From Octopus vulgaris (Eukaryota), in contig OX597821.1 in the NCBI GenBank assembly GCA_951406725.2, positions 48,174,001-48,238,000 of the forward strand: 64,000 bases of DNA, read 5' to 3'. Position 1 is the stretch's first letter; every line of letters starts with the position of its first letter. Below, one piece after another: positions 52,851 through 64,000 of this stretch. The notes beneath the pieces are model-generated. The model was not told the DNA's origin. It saw only the letters and a program-made list of their open reading frames with translations, and did no database searches. A program made the position numbers and the translations under genes.

Positions 52851-55439
52851 TATATATATATATATATGCATGTGTATGTGTATATGTGTGTGATTATAGA
52901 CATTCTGCAACTTTGCTTGTCACCATCTGGATGAAATGGTGATATGAGGTTTACATTCCTTGCTCATGTTATAAATGGTTGTTATAAATGGTTGAAAACC
53001 CAAAGAATAAAAAGATCTCTCACTAGAAAAGTGCTTGAAAACAGGTGAAGGTTGGCAAGAGGAAGAACACTTGTCCCACACCAATGCTAGTATAGGAAAA
53101 TGGAGATGAAATAAAGGGATGAAAGAATGAATTTAATTAGATTTAAATTAGTCACTTCATGTGAACTGAGATGAAGATGTTTCATGAACTTTTCTGAGTA
53201 ATTAGATCAGCACCTAACATATTTGTCTTCTTGTAGTGAGTTGGAAACAAGACAACCTGCTAGAGCGAATCTTTGTGTCTTCAACTTATTGAATATTTTT
53301 GGAATTTACAGAAGCAAGCAATAAGCTGAAGTGAAATGGTTTAACCAAATATTGAATCGGAATTACAAAACTGACATGTTGAGACTATGGCAAAATACCC
53401 TTTGACCTCTATGAACTCTATGTGCAATAAATAGTAAATAATGTAGTAACAGCGTTTCTGAAGTGGGGAGTATTAATGTTGGAAAAGAGCTGTCAAAGTT
53501 TAGATAAATTTGATCTTATTTAATACAGTGTTTTAGTGTTTCAGAATGGATTAAGTAGTGTTAAGAATCTTAAGAGAACACTGATTTGATTTCTGCCTCT
53601 TAGTAACCTTGCTACAGAAATAAAATACTAACAAGAATATATTGCAACTATATGAATTTATAATGACCAGATTCCTGCTCGGAAAACATTGCTTGATCAG
53701 TCTTAACTTTTCCAATAGATTATTAGTGTATATCCCCCAGAAGACTTCTCTCACTATGTGTTAATCCATCCTAAAGGAGACAATCTAGGAAAATGATGTT
53801 AGTTTTTCTTATTTCTTCTAAAATATTAGCCCCCTCTTTTTTTTTTTTTGATTGGTAAAAGTTGTTATCTTACCTTAATCTTTTTTTCTCTTCTATCTAA
53901 GCTGCAGGATTTACTAACAACGTCATCAGCAAGAAAGATGATAGAATCTATACAAGATATGTCATGGTGAAGCAAAATGTTCAGCTGTAGCCTAGGAACA
54001 GCCAGTTCTCACAGAATGTATTTACATGAATAACCTAATCTAATAAACAGATAGTTTTGGTTTTATTTTCCATTTACCAAAGTTATTTTTGTTCTTCATG
54101 AAAACCAAATACAATAAAAAGTAAGAAGTATTTTTCTCAGCTTTCTATCCTGTAACCTTATTTTCCTATTTATGTATTTTGTTACCCTACATTTCACATC
54201 ATCCTATCTACCAATATTAACTTGTGTTTCACACACACATATATATGTATGTGTGCGTGTGTGTGTGTGTGTAAAAAAGATTGCTAAAAAGTTGAAAATG
54301 CATCAAAATTTTCTTTTATATATATATATATATAAATATATATATTCAAATATCAAAAGTAGAGTAATATATTTCTATTAAAGCTGCAAAATTATCACAG
54401 AACTGTTGCTCAGAGTTTCACATTCCTGTTTGTGGGATGGTTGTGATGTACATGTAGCAGGGTTATGACTTTTTCACAACCTAATAACTCTATATTGTAA
54501 TTCGATGAATAATTATATAAAAGTCAGGAAACTAACATTTATTTTGCTTTATTTAAAAAAAACATCACTCCCAACTTAAGAAATCTATCACCCAAATCAT
54601 GCAAAATTGTAGGGGTGGGGGTTCATAACACCTGCTCACGTTTTTACCAAACTTGGTGTGCTGACTCAATGCAATGCAGAAATAGTATGTCTGAAACTTC
54701 AGCTTTCTAGTTGAAGTAGTTTCGGAGTTATGGGCTTTTTAAACTATAATAAAACTTCAGTATTTCCACTTATTATTAAATCCTTGTAAATGCAAGAGAG
54801 ATATGGAATAAAAGTGTATTTATACATTTTTAAGATTACTGAATTGAAATTGCTCTATGCAAAGGTTCAAAACTAGGATATTTTAAGACAGAGGCCACTA
54901 GAAGCATTTGATAAGATATAAAATTAAAAACAATACATATTTTTAACTTAATAGGTTTAATTGCAATTTTAAATAATTACATAAGAAAAAGGGTGCTGAA
55001 TGTTAGCAAACTTTTAAACATAACAAAGAATTAATATGTTTTGTTAGATAAAATAAATCGAAGCTGAAGTTTCTCCTTTATACAAACATCATAAAAGTCT
55101 TGAAGGCACTTGATTGCCTGTTCTGCATTCTGATTTGTTCTGAGAATTTCCAGTTTTGATGGTTCTTGACTCCAAAACTTTTTTACAGATTTCAATGTTT
55201 TTTTATGAACTTGCAGGCTATCACATAACTTCTTTTAATTATCTTTTTCTGATGATATCTGAAAAGAAACAGGAATTTTAGCAAAACATATTAAGCAACA
55301 CTAATTATAAATAAAAAAAAAACATAAATAAAACAAGCTTTTGTCAGTTTTATAGATATTTCAAAATTAATGATGCTATGATGCTAGGTGTTTCCATTTT
55401 GTCTAAACCCTGTATTTTTACTCTTTGACTGTTTTCATA

Positions 55440-55945
55440 CACTGGGTTATAGCCATATTAGGATATCGTTATATGGATTGTGACCATACTAGGGCATTGT
55501 ATGTGAGGCATTGCTAGTCGATTGTAGCACTTTCATTAGGTTGTGGGTATACTAGGACATTGTCAATGGGTTGTGCCCATACTGGGTTTCTTGGTTGTAG
55601 CCATGCCAGGACACTGCTACAGGATCATGGTCATACTAGGGTGTTGCTACTGAATTGTGGGCAAACAGGAACATTGCCTCTGGTTTGTTGCCATACTGGG
55701 GTACTGCTATCAGGTTGTGATTGCACTGAAGCATTGCTTCTGAATTGTGGTCATACTGTGGCACTGTTACTTGTTTGTGGCCATTCTGGGCCATTCCTAA
55801 AGGGTTGTTTATGGCCATACTAGGTTATTGCTACTGGGATTTGACCACATTCTCTATGGGTTGTGTCCATGTAAGTCTATTCTCAGTGAGTTGTGACCAT
55901 TTGGGATCATTGAAACTGGGTTGTGGCCATGCTACAGCATTGCAG
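55440..55945. repeat. Degenerate 30-bp tandem array
   Basis: Recurring TTGTGGCCATACTGGG-like core every ~30 bp; gives the 10-aa periodic CGHT ORF. Confidence 0.85.
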
Positions 55946-57195
55946 TAATTGTAATTTCCTTTTCATTTTAGGTCTATATGACTAAATCAATAACATCTTG
56001 AAAAAGGTGCAAAAAAAAAAAAAGAAAAGAAACTAATTGCTGTTAGTGTCATGCATTAATTCATTAATTCATTGTATATTAGTAACTTTAGTACTCTGGC
56101 ATTCCTTTGTAATATTATAGAGTAACAGAAATATAGTTTTAAAAGTTGAAGACCATGAAAGATGAGATTATACCTTCTATAAAACCGTCAAAAGCTTGTT
56201 TATTTTTATGTTCTTTGATTTATTGTTAGTGTTGCTTAATATTTCCCTCTCTGTCATTTAGTCCCATTTTCGAAGATGTTTCCACCATGGCCTTCCCTAA
56301 AATTCACGAGTATAGCAAAAACTACATTCTCCAATGTATGTTTTCTATTATCCAGACTGTAGCATGTGATTTGAGGGAGAAATGACTGCCATTTCTTGCT
56401 ATTTAAGTGAGCACATAGAAGCTTCCATAGGCAGTGGAGTGTAGAATTGGTAGAGTACTGAACATGAAGTGTATTGGAGCAAACTTTAATGCGTGAATGT
56501 GGAAGATACATGAGGATGGAATGAAATGAAGCAAGTATATTCTGCACGGCTAGAAGTGTAATGTTAGTGATCATGATTGATGTAGCACAAAGCTGAGATG
56601 GAGAATAGTCTGAAGAGGAAGTTGATGATGTATTCAAGGCTGTGCAGGTATGGAAATTCCATGCATATAGCACTTGTATAACGAATTACCAAACAATCTC
56701 TGTGCAAGGAACACATGAAAGAAAAACTTAGGAAGAATGGGACAAAGTAGTGATGACTGATCTCAAGAAGCTGAACTTCACAGAGAAGCTGACAAAGTAA
56801 AGCAACAAGAAAGCTGGTTCAAAAACAGACATAATACTGATGGTGACAGTGATATGTGTAATATGAATATAAATATGTAAGCAAATATGAATGCAAGCAG
56901 ACAAATTCACACATATACATTTTGCTCATATATGATATTTTGTTAATATACATTGAAGTTAGAGAATGATAAGACATAAGAGAGGAATATGATATGGAAC
57001 TTTGGTAGATTCCCTGAAAACCTCAATTCCTTAAATGAAATCATATTTAAGAATTAAAATCAGGTTCAACATAGCACCAAGACATGATAGCTTGTATATT
57101 TACACCTAAACTATTTAGACTTACCCAAAATGGAATCATCATCATCATCATCATCATCCCCATCATCATCATCATCATAATTATCATCATCATAG

Positions 57196-57330
57196 CGTTA
57201 GGAAGGGCATCCAGCTGCAGAAACTCTACCAGATAAAGATTGGAGCCTGGTACAGCCATTGGTTCACCACTCCTCAGTCAAATCGTCCAACCCATGCTAG
57301 CATGGAAAGCAGTCGTTAGATAATGATGAT
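57196..57330 (+). mobile_element. RTE LINE 3' end
   Basis: GTTAGGAAGGGCATCCAGC...CCATGCTAGCATGGAAAGC tail. Confidence 0.8.
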
Positions 57331-58139
57331 TGCCATCATTGTAGTCATTATCATAATGATTGTCATTATCCTCCTCCTCTACCTCATCACCATCATGAAA
57401 ATGGTTGCAGCCATCATTGTCATCATCGTCGTCGTCATCACCATTGTCATCTTAATCCTCCACTTCCTTCCTTTCATTTCCATCCTCTTCCTTCTCCTCA
57501 CCATCACCTAGAAAGCAGTATAACTTCATTATCTCTAAAAGCTTTAAAAATTTCTCAAAAACCTAATGTACAAAAAATTGAATTATTATTCTGTACTGAG
57601 TAGAAAAAACTAAAATAACAATAATAATGACAATGATGATGATGATGATGATGATGATGATAACAATATAATAAAAATGATATAACCATAGCAGCAACAA
57701 TGATAATAGCAACAACAACAACAACAATAATAATGAAAATGATAATTTACAATAAGAATAGAATGGAATGTAATATAATTTGAAACAATTTATGTTGAAG
57801 AGTAAAAATAGTAAAAGACTAATCAAAGAAGATAGTCACTATAAATTGATATTGTTCACTGAAGATTGCTAACAATGCCGACAAAGCAATTATTGAGTGT
57901 CTCAGTTCTTCAAGATGTCAGAATTAGACAATAGACTTTCTAGAACATTACAGTTTATCAGTGAAAGTCTGGCATCATGACCTGGAAACTTTTATCCATG
58001 TATCTCTATTGAGGCAGCAGTTTAAAAACATATAAATCAGGGAGACATTAGTACCATTGTTAACTTCTTAAACACCTTGATTTAATTTTTTACATTTTAC
58101 ATTTATTTATTTATATTATTATTATTATTTATATTATTA

Positions 58140-58189
<50 letters not shown>

Positions 58190-58192
<3 letters not shown>

Positions 58193-59700
58193 CAGTTGTC
58201 ATTTTTATTACGTGCTTTCATTGCACTTCCGAGCACAGCTCTGTGTGTCTTGAGTATGTGCTTTGGTTTGTTACAGGAGTTCTTATTTTCACTGTATTGA
58301 AAGTGCTTTATGTAGGATATGTGTGTGATGCCTAGTAGTGCTATTTTCTGTATGTTATACACTTGTTAGTCCTGGCGTTTTTGTTATGTATTTGTCTGAA
58401 TGTTTTTTTATCATACCTAATGAACCTACTATCATAAAAATTGTTCCCGTTTTTAGGCTCTACATTTGAGTTACTTCTATTTCCAGATCTTTGCATTTTG
58501 AAAGTTTCGCTGTTTCTTTTAGAGAAATGTTGTCATCTGTTGATATTGATACATCGATTAGAAGGCATCTTTTTTCTTAGTGATCTCTGATAACTATATC
58601 TGGTCTATTAGTTTTGATTTCTCTATCTGTGTGTATTGGCATATCCCAGAGTATGGTGGCTTTCTCATTTTCTGTGAACTTTGCTGGGGCGTGCCTATAC
58701 CCACTTTTTCTGTTGTTATTTCATAATGCTAGCATAGCTTCCTGTGTATATATTCTTTCTTAGCCTGGACTGGGCAACTACAGACAATATGATATATTGT
58801 TTTTTCTCCATCACTACATATTCTGCAATTACTGGTATTTTCTTTTCATTATATGTTTTTGGTCACTTCTGGTGTGAAGGCTTTGATCTTGTGCTGCAAT
58901 TAAAAATCCTTCGGTCTCTGCTTTGAGTTCTGAGTATCTTAACCATTGTTGGAATTTTGCTTTGTCTAGTTATTTTCTATTTAGTTTAACCTAATATTTG
59001 CCATGTAGGGGCTTTTCTTGCCATCGTTTTGTCATGATACACTGATGTTCCAGTTTCAGTTTGGATTTCAATTGTTTTACAGCTTTTATTGTTTCTTCTT
59101 TTTCTTTATAGTTGTCAGATACTGTGACTTCTTTTTTGTATATTTTGGCTTCCTTAAAGACAGTTTTTGTTTTGCTCATATTTTGTGGCTATTTGTATCA
59201 GTTTGTCTTGCTTCTGTACTTCAGTATTTCTGTAATCCTATGGCGGTAATTTTATAATACTTTTCTAGCTGTATAAGGCCTCTACAATCTTCAATTGGTT
59301 GTATATATAACCTTTCTATGTCAGATTTTGAGTGGTGCATCCTAAATTCTGTCATTATTTTTCTTGTTTTCCTGTCTATTTTGATTAGTTCATTTTAGAG
59401 TCCAGTTAAGAATATTGTAGTTGTAATGTATAACTGAGATGGCTAGAGTGTTGATACCAATTATCTTGTTTTTCGCATTGAGTTCTGTGTTCAGTATTAA
59501 TCTAACTCATCTATAGTATTCCTTTCTTATCTTCTCTTTCATTTGTGTGTGTTGCATCGTATGTAGTTCATTGATTCCTAAGTATTTTTATATCTGGCTT
59601 TGGTCTAATTCTCTTATTTCATTTGCTTTATCTAGTGTGATGTTGTTGCTTTTTACTAGTTTTCCTCTTTTCAAGGTTGCTTTGACCCATTTTTCTAAGC
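58190..59700 (-). mobile_element. Dong/R4-clade element, 3' ~1.5 kb, decayed
   Basis: Reverse complement matches 16113-16573 (NIQKIALLG); upstream WQEKPLHGKY and MHHSKSDIERLY; ends in (TAA)n at 58115-58190. Confidence 0.88.
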
Positions 59701-59729
59701 CAAAATTTCATGTTCATTTCTTTTGTAAA

Positions 59730-59965
59730 TCCATGTACTGTCTCCAGATTTAGCGCCTGTGGACTTCCATTTCTTCCCTAACATGAAAATGCAGCTCAAA
59801 GGTTGCCGTTCTAACACTGTTGTTGAGATCCAGAACGAATTGCAGAAGGTCCTCAACTTGCATATGGAAAATGACTTCCAGGCTGGATTCCAAAAGTGGT
59901 AGGGACTCTGGGACCAGTGTGTTGCTGCACAAGGTGACCATTTAGAAGAATATGATGTTAAAACT
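59730..59965 (+). mobile_element. mariner transposase C-terminal fragment
   Basis: SPDLAPVDFHFFPNMK..LKG...FQKW...CVAAQGD. Confidence 0.8.
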
Positions 59966-60170
59966 ATATATTTCAATTTTGTATTTGGTTTGCAATGTAT
60001 TAAGAATAAGTTTTTTACAAGAATATTTACTGCATATTCATTAGCAGTTTGTTAAGTGGTATAAACCAATGGGATTAAACACATTCATAAAAGAAGTTTA
60101 AATAGAGACTATGAAAGGACTATTGATTAAAGCAATAAAGATAGTAAGTAATGAGTAATAAGTATAAGTA

Positions 60171-60718
60171 CAGTAATATCTCACTTTATGAGGACCTACT
60201 TTACGAGACCCTGGGTTTACGAGTTTTATTTTTCAAGCACAAGATCCGAATTTTGAACGCAGTGCAAAAGTTGCTACTTCCATAACAAATGCTTGTGCAA
60301 GTTACGAAGAAATTTTAAGAGAGTGAATAAAAGCTTCTAAGCAAACAGCTCTAGACTTGTTCTTTAAAAAGAAATCCATTAGTTCATCTACGAGTTCATC
60401 TGCGAGTGATCACGTCAACAAATAATGGTGTGCACGAGTTTAGTGCTAGTGAAAGTGATTCACAAAACGAGTATGATAATAATATCTTTTATTGTAAATG
60501 ATCTTGACATTCCTTTTACTTTACATAAAATATTCTTTACATTCTACCGTTGTTTTAATGCAATTTATTTATGAGTATTATAAATTTTATAGGTAAATAT
60601 TTTTATGAGAACAAATTGCAATTTATAACATTGCTACTACAGGAAATTATCACTCTACTTTATGAGTTTCCACCTTGTTCTCTGGGAACAAATTTACTCA
60701 TATATCGAGGCATTACTG
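60171..60718 (+). mobile_element. Internally deleted pogo/Tigger element, 548 bp
   Basis: Imperfect TIRs CAGTAATATCTC.../...GAGGCATTACTG, TA on both sides; remnant YEEIL...KQTALDLFFKK C-terminus. Confidence 0.8.
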
Positions 60719-60825
60719 TATGTGTATTAATTCAGATGAAGCAAGTGCATATGTAGATATGATATAGAATGTGATCAGTTTAAGTTTAAAATATGTTAGG
60801 CCAGTTAAACTAGACATCAACGTAC

Positions 60826-62281
60826 TTGCTGAGTCTCTATCAGAACTAGAGGAAAAGTTTCAGGTGTGGAAGCAAAGATTAGAATCGAAGGGCCTTAGAG
60901 TCAACCTAGCTAAAACCAAAGTCTTAATAAGTAGGAAGGTAGACAAACCACAAATCCCTTCAGGTAGATGGCCCTGCTTGATCTATAGAAAAGGCATTGG
61001 TAGAAACTCTATAAGATGTATCCAGTGTAAGCTATAGACACAAAAGAGGTGCAGCAATATCAAAGGGAGGCTAACTGGGAAGATAGTTTTTGTATGTGGC
61101 AAATGCTCAGGAGCAATAAACACAGAACATGTGCAGAGAACAGCTTCTGTCGTATTCCTGGAAGAAAAACTAGAAGTAGTTGATAACTTCCATTACTTAG
61201 GGGACCAAGTCAGTAGCAGGGGTGGATGCTTTAAAAGTATAGCTGTTAGAATAAGAATAGCCTGGGCAAAATTCATAGAGGTCTTACCTCTGCTGGTGAC
61301 AAAGAGCCTCTCGCTAAGACTAAAATGTAGACTGTATGATGCATGTGTGTGAACTGCCATGCTACATGGCAGTGAAACATGGACTGTGACTGCTGAGGAT
61401 ATGTGTAAGCTTGCAAGAAATGAAGCCAGTATGCTCCACTGGATGTGTAATATCAGTGTGTATACCCAACAGAGTGTAAGCACCCTGAGAGAAAAGTTGG
61501 ATTTAAAAAGCATCAGATGTGGTGTGCAAGAGAGACGACTATGCCGATATGGTCATGTGTTGCAAATGAATGAGGACAGCTGTGTGAAAAAGTGTCACAT
61601 CCTAGCGGTTGAGGGAAGCTGTGGAATAGGTAGACTCAGGAAAACCTGGGATGAGCTGGTGAAGCATGACCTTCAAACATTGAGCCTTACCGAGGCAATA
61701 ACTAGTGACTGTGACCTTTGGAAATATGCTGTGCTTGAAAAGACCCAACAAGCAAAGTGAGACCATAGCCCACGGCCTATGCCAGTGGGTGTAACCAGCC
61801 CATTTATGAATACCCTTCATTCATTGGACAATAAACCTTGCTTGTGAAGACCTATTGAGGCAAGTGAAATCAAAATCACTGATGTGACCGATGACAGTAC
61901 CGCCTGATTGGCACTTGTGCCAGTGGAACTTTAAAAGCTCATCCAAGCATGATCGTGGCAAGAGCCATAGATTGGCTCCTGTGCCAGTGACTCATGAAAA
62001 GCACTATTTGTGCTTGATCATTGCCAGTGTCACCTTACCGGCACATGTGCTGGAGGCACATGAAAAACAACATTCGAGCATGCTCGTTGCCAGAACTGCC
62101 TGACTGGCCCTCTTGCTAGTGACATGTAAATGCACCCACTACACTCTCAGAGTGGTTGACATTAGGAAGGGCATCCAGTTGTAGAAACTTTGCCAGATCA
62201 GATTGAGCCTGGTGTAGCCTCTGGCTCACCTGTCCTCAGTCAAACCATCCAACCCATGCTGGCATGGGTTGGATGATAATG

Positions 62282-62283
<2 letters not shown>
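60826..62283 (+). mobile_element. RTE-clade LINE, 5'-truncated
   Basis: GLRVNLAKTK, FHYLGD, MLHGSETW, RYGHVLQMNED, GRLRKTWDE, then 3' UTR. Confidence 0.9.
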
Positions 62284-62317
<34 letters not shown>

Positions 62318-63054
62318 TATATATACATATGTAATATTTTGGACTAATGAGTGCTGATGTGTTGAGTAAAACACTGGCACAGTTTGGGTTATCTGATGTC
62401 ATCCATAGTAGGAGTATATTTTCTTTGGATCTACTTTAGGAATACCACAGTGTTAGTTGAGATAATATTTGATTTAGTAAACAGAAGATGGAATTGGTAT
62501 AACTCTTTATTTTGTTTGACAATTGTTTTGACCCATCCTGCAACTGTTGTGCATCATACTATGTTGCATCAGTCTTGCAGTCTGGGTCACATCAGGTACA
62601 TTCGTACATAAAGTGGTGTCTCACTAGAGATCTTCATTTTAGGCAGTCATTTATTTACCCACTTTATTTAGGGAAGGAGGTATTGCCACGATTGTCTTAA
62701 TTGTTAAATATCCATAAGAGATATAAAAAAAGTAAATTATATATAAAATAAAATAAAATATATAAACAATAGACAAGAGAGGAAGAAAAAGAAGAAAAAA
62801 GAAAATCATTTCTTATAAAGGAAAAGTAATATTGATAGTATGCGGCTAGTAGAGGAAAATTGCATTAAGTTTACATTATCTGAGGGGGCGATATACATAG
62901 ATGAGACCTGTTGAGTAATATTAAAATTCTTTCATCACAATTACTTTAAGGTGATGTTTAAGCAGGTGCTGTATAAAGTTTGGTATGAACTATATCAATA
63001 GTACATTGGGTTGTTAGTTATCACCTATGATAGACACATTCATACTTATATGTA

Positions 63055-64000
63055 CAGTACTGTGCAAAAGTATTCAGCCACTTTAAACTATGGTAAATTT
63101 CTACTATTGATTCATCCCATAAATAATGTGGTTTTTTTATACTTCTTTTATTTTTCAAAATTAAGATAAACAAAGTTCTTTTTTAATCTAAAATATACTC
63201 TCCTTCATTTTCTACAATGCTCTTCCCTCTATCTTGTAGACTTGCAAAGCCCCTCTTCCAAAATTCACTTTTGTGTGACGAAAAATATTCCTCTAGTGCT
63301 GTTCTGACCTCGTCTACAGAATTCATATTTTTTCTGTCCAAATAATTTTGAAGACTTCAGAATAAATGATAATCAGATGGGGCAATATCCGGTGAATATG
63401 GTGGGTGGGGCATCGTTTCCCATTCAAACTGCTCCAGCCTTTGGAAGGTCATCCTTGTTGTATTTGCCAAGCATTTTGTCTTGAAACCAAAGACGGTTGT
63501 TTTTCTTCTAGCACTGACTTAAGCCGCTCAAGTTTCTTACTGTAGATCTCCTTAGTTATCATTTGGTTTGGATTTAAAAGTTCAAAGTGGATTAAACCTT
63601 TCATATCCCAGCAAACAGGTAACAACACCTTATGTGGGTGAAGACCTTCTTTAACCTGGAGTGCTGGTGTCTTTTCTTTCTCTATCCACTGTTTACGGCA
63701 CTTGACATTTATATAGAGAACCCATTTCATGTCACCAGTCACTATTCAGTTCAAAAAAGGTTCATTTGTGAGACATGACAGCAAAGAAGAGCACAAATTT
63801 GCTCTCTGTGCACAATTAGACTTGAAAAGTTTGTGAGGAACCCAATTGACCCAATGTACTGACTTTTCCTATGGCAGACAGGTGTCGTTGAATGGTTGAA
63901 TGACCAAATCCAAGCCTCTCTGCTGGTTCCTCAGCAGTTACGATGTGATTTTGTTCCACCAGGGTTTGCAGGACAACCTTGCTGAGCTCTACAGATGTTC
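63055..64000 (-). mobile_element. mariner element, decayed, runs off the window
   Basis: WVPHKL, TGDMKWVLY, HPPYSPDIAPSDYHLF; probable TIR CAGTACTGTGCAAAAGT after TA at 63055. Confidence 0.88.

Noticed and set aside
55560-55823. Metal-binding Cys/His repeat protein
   Set aside because: Short ORF explained by the 30-bp array; frame breaks in flanking units and no splice support.
56254-56673. 139-aa minus-strand ORF as a host gene
   Set aside because: No recognisable domain; faint resemblance to a decayed LINE 3' end only.

Overview
AT-rich, repeat-dense eukaryotic genomic DNA with no intact host gene that I can support. The SINE/LINE families and microsatellite load look like an octopod cephalopod (inference from family recognition, not a search). 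Almost all ORFs in the track are microsatellite translations or decayed transposon fragments. Contents: a ~1.92-kb near-identical tandem duplication carrying a complete non-autonomous Helitron; fragments of Penelope-like, RTE, CR1-like and Dong/R4 retroelements; Tc1, mariner, Tigger, hAT and Chapaev3-like DNA transposon remnants; several tRNA-derived SINEs; and a ~52-copy 43-bp minisatellite with a 19-unit higher-order repeat. The most notable signals are three minimal type-I hammerhead-ribozyme folds in Penelope-type termini (one with intact GAAA and a variant CUGUUGA core), a head-to-head tRNA-derived palindrome in a TAA-repeat insertion hotspot, many fold-back inverted repeats, and a three-level nested insertion. 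Boundaries of decayed elements are approximate (tens of bp).
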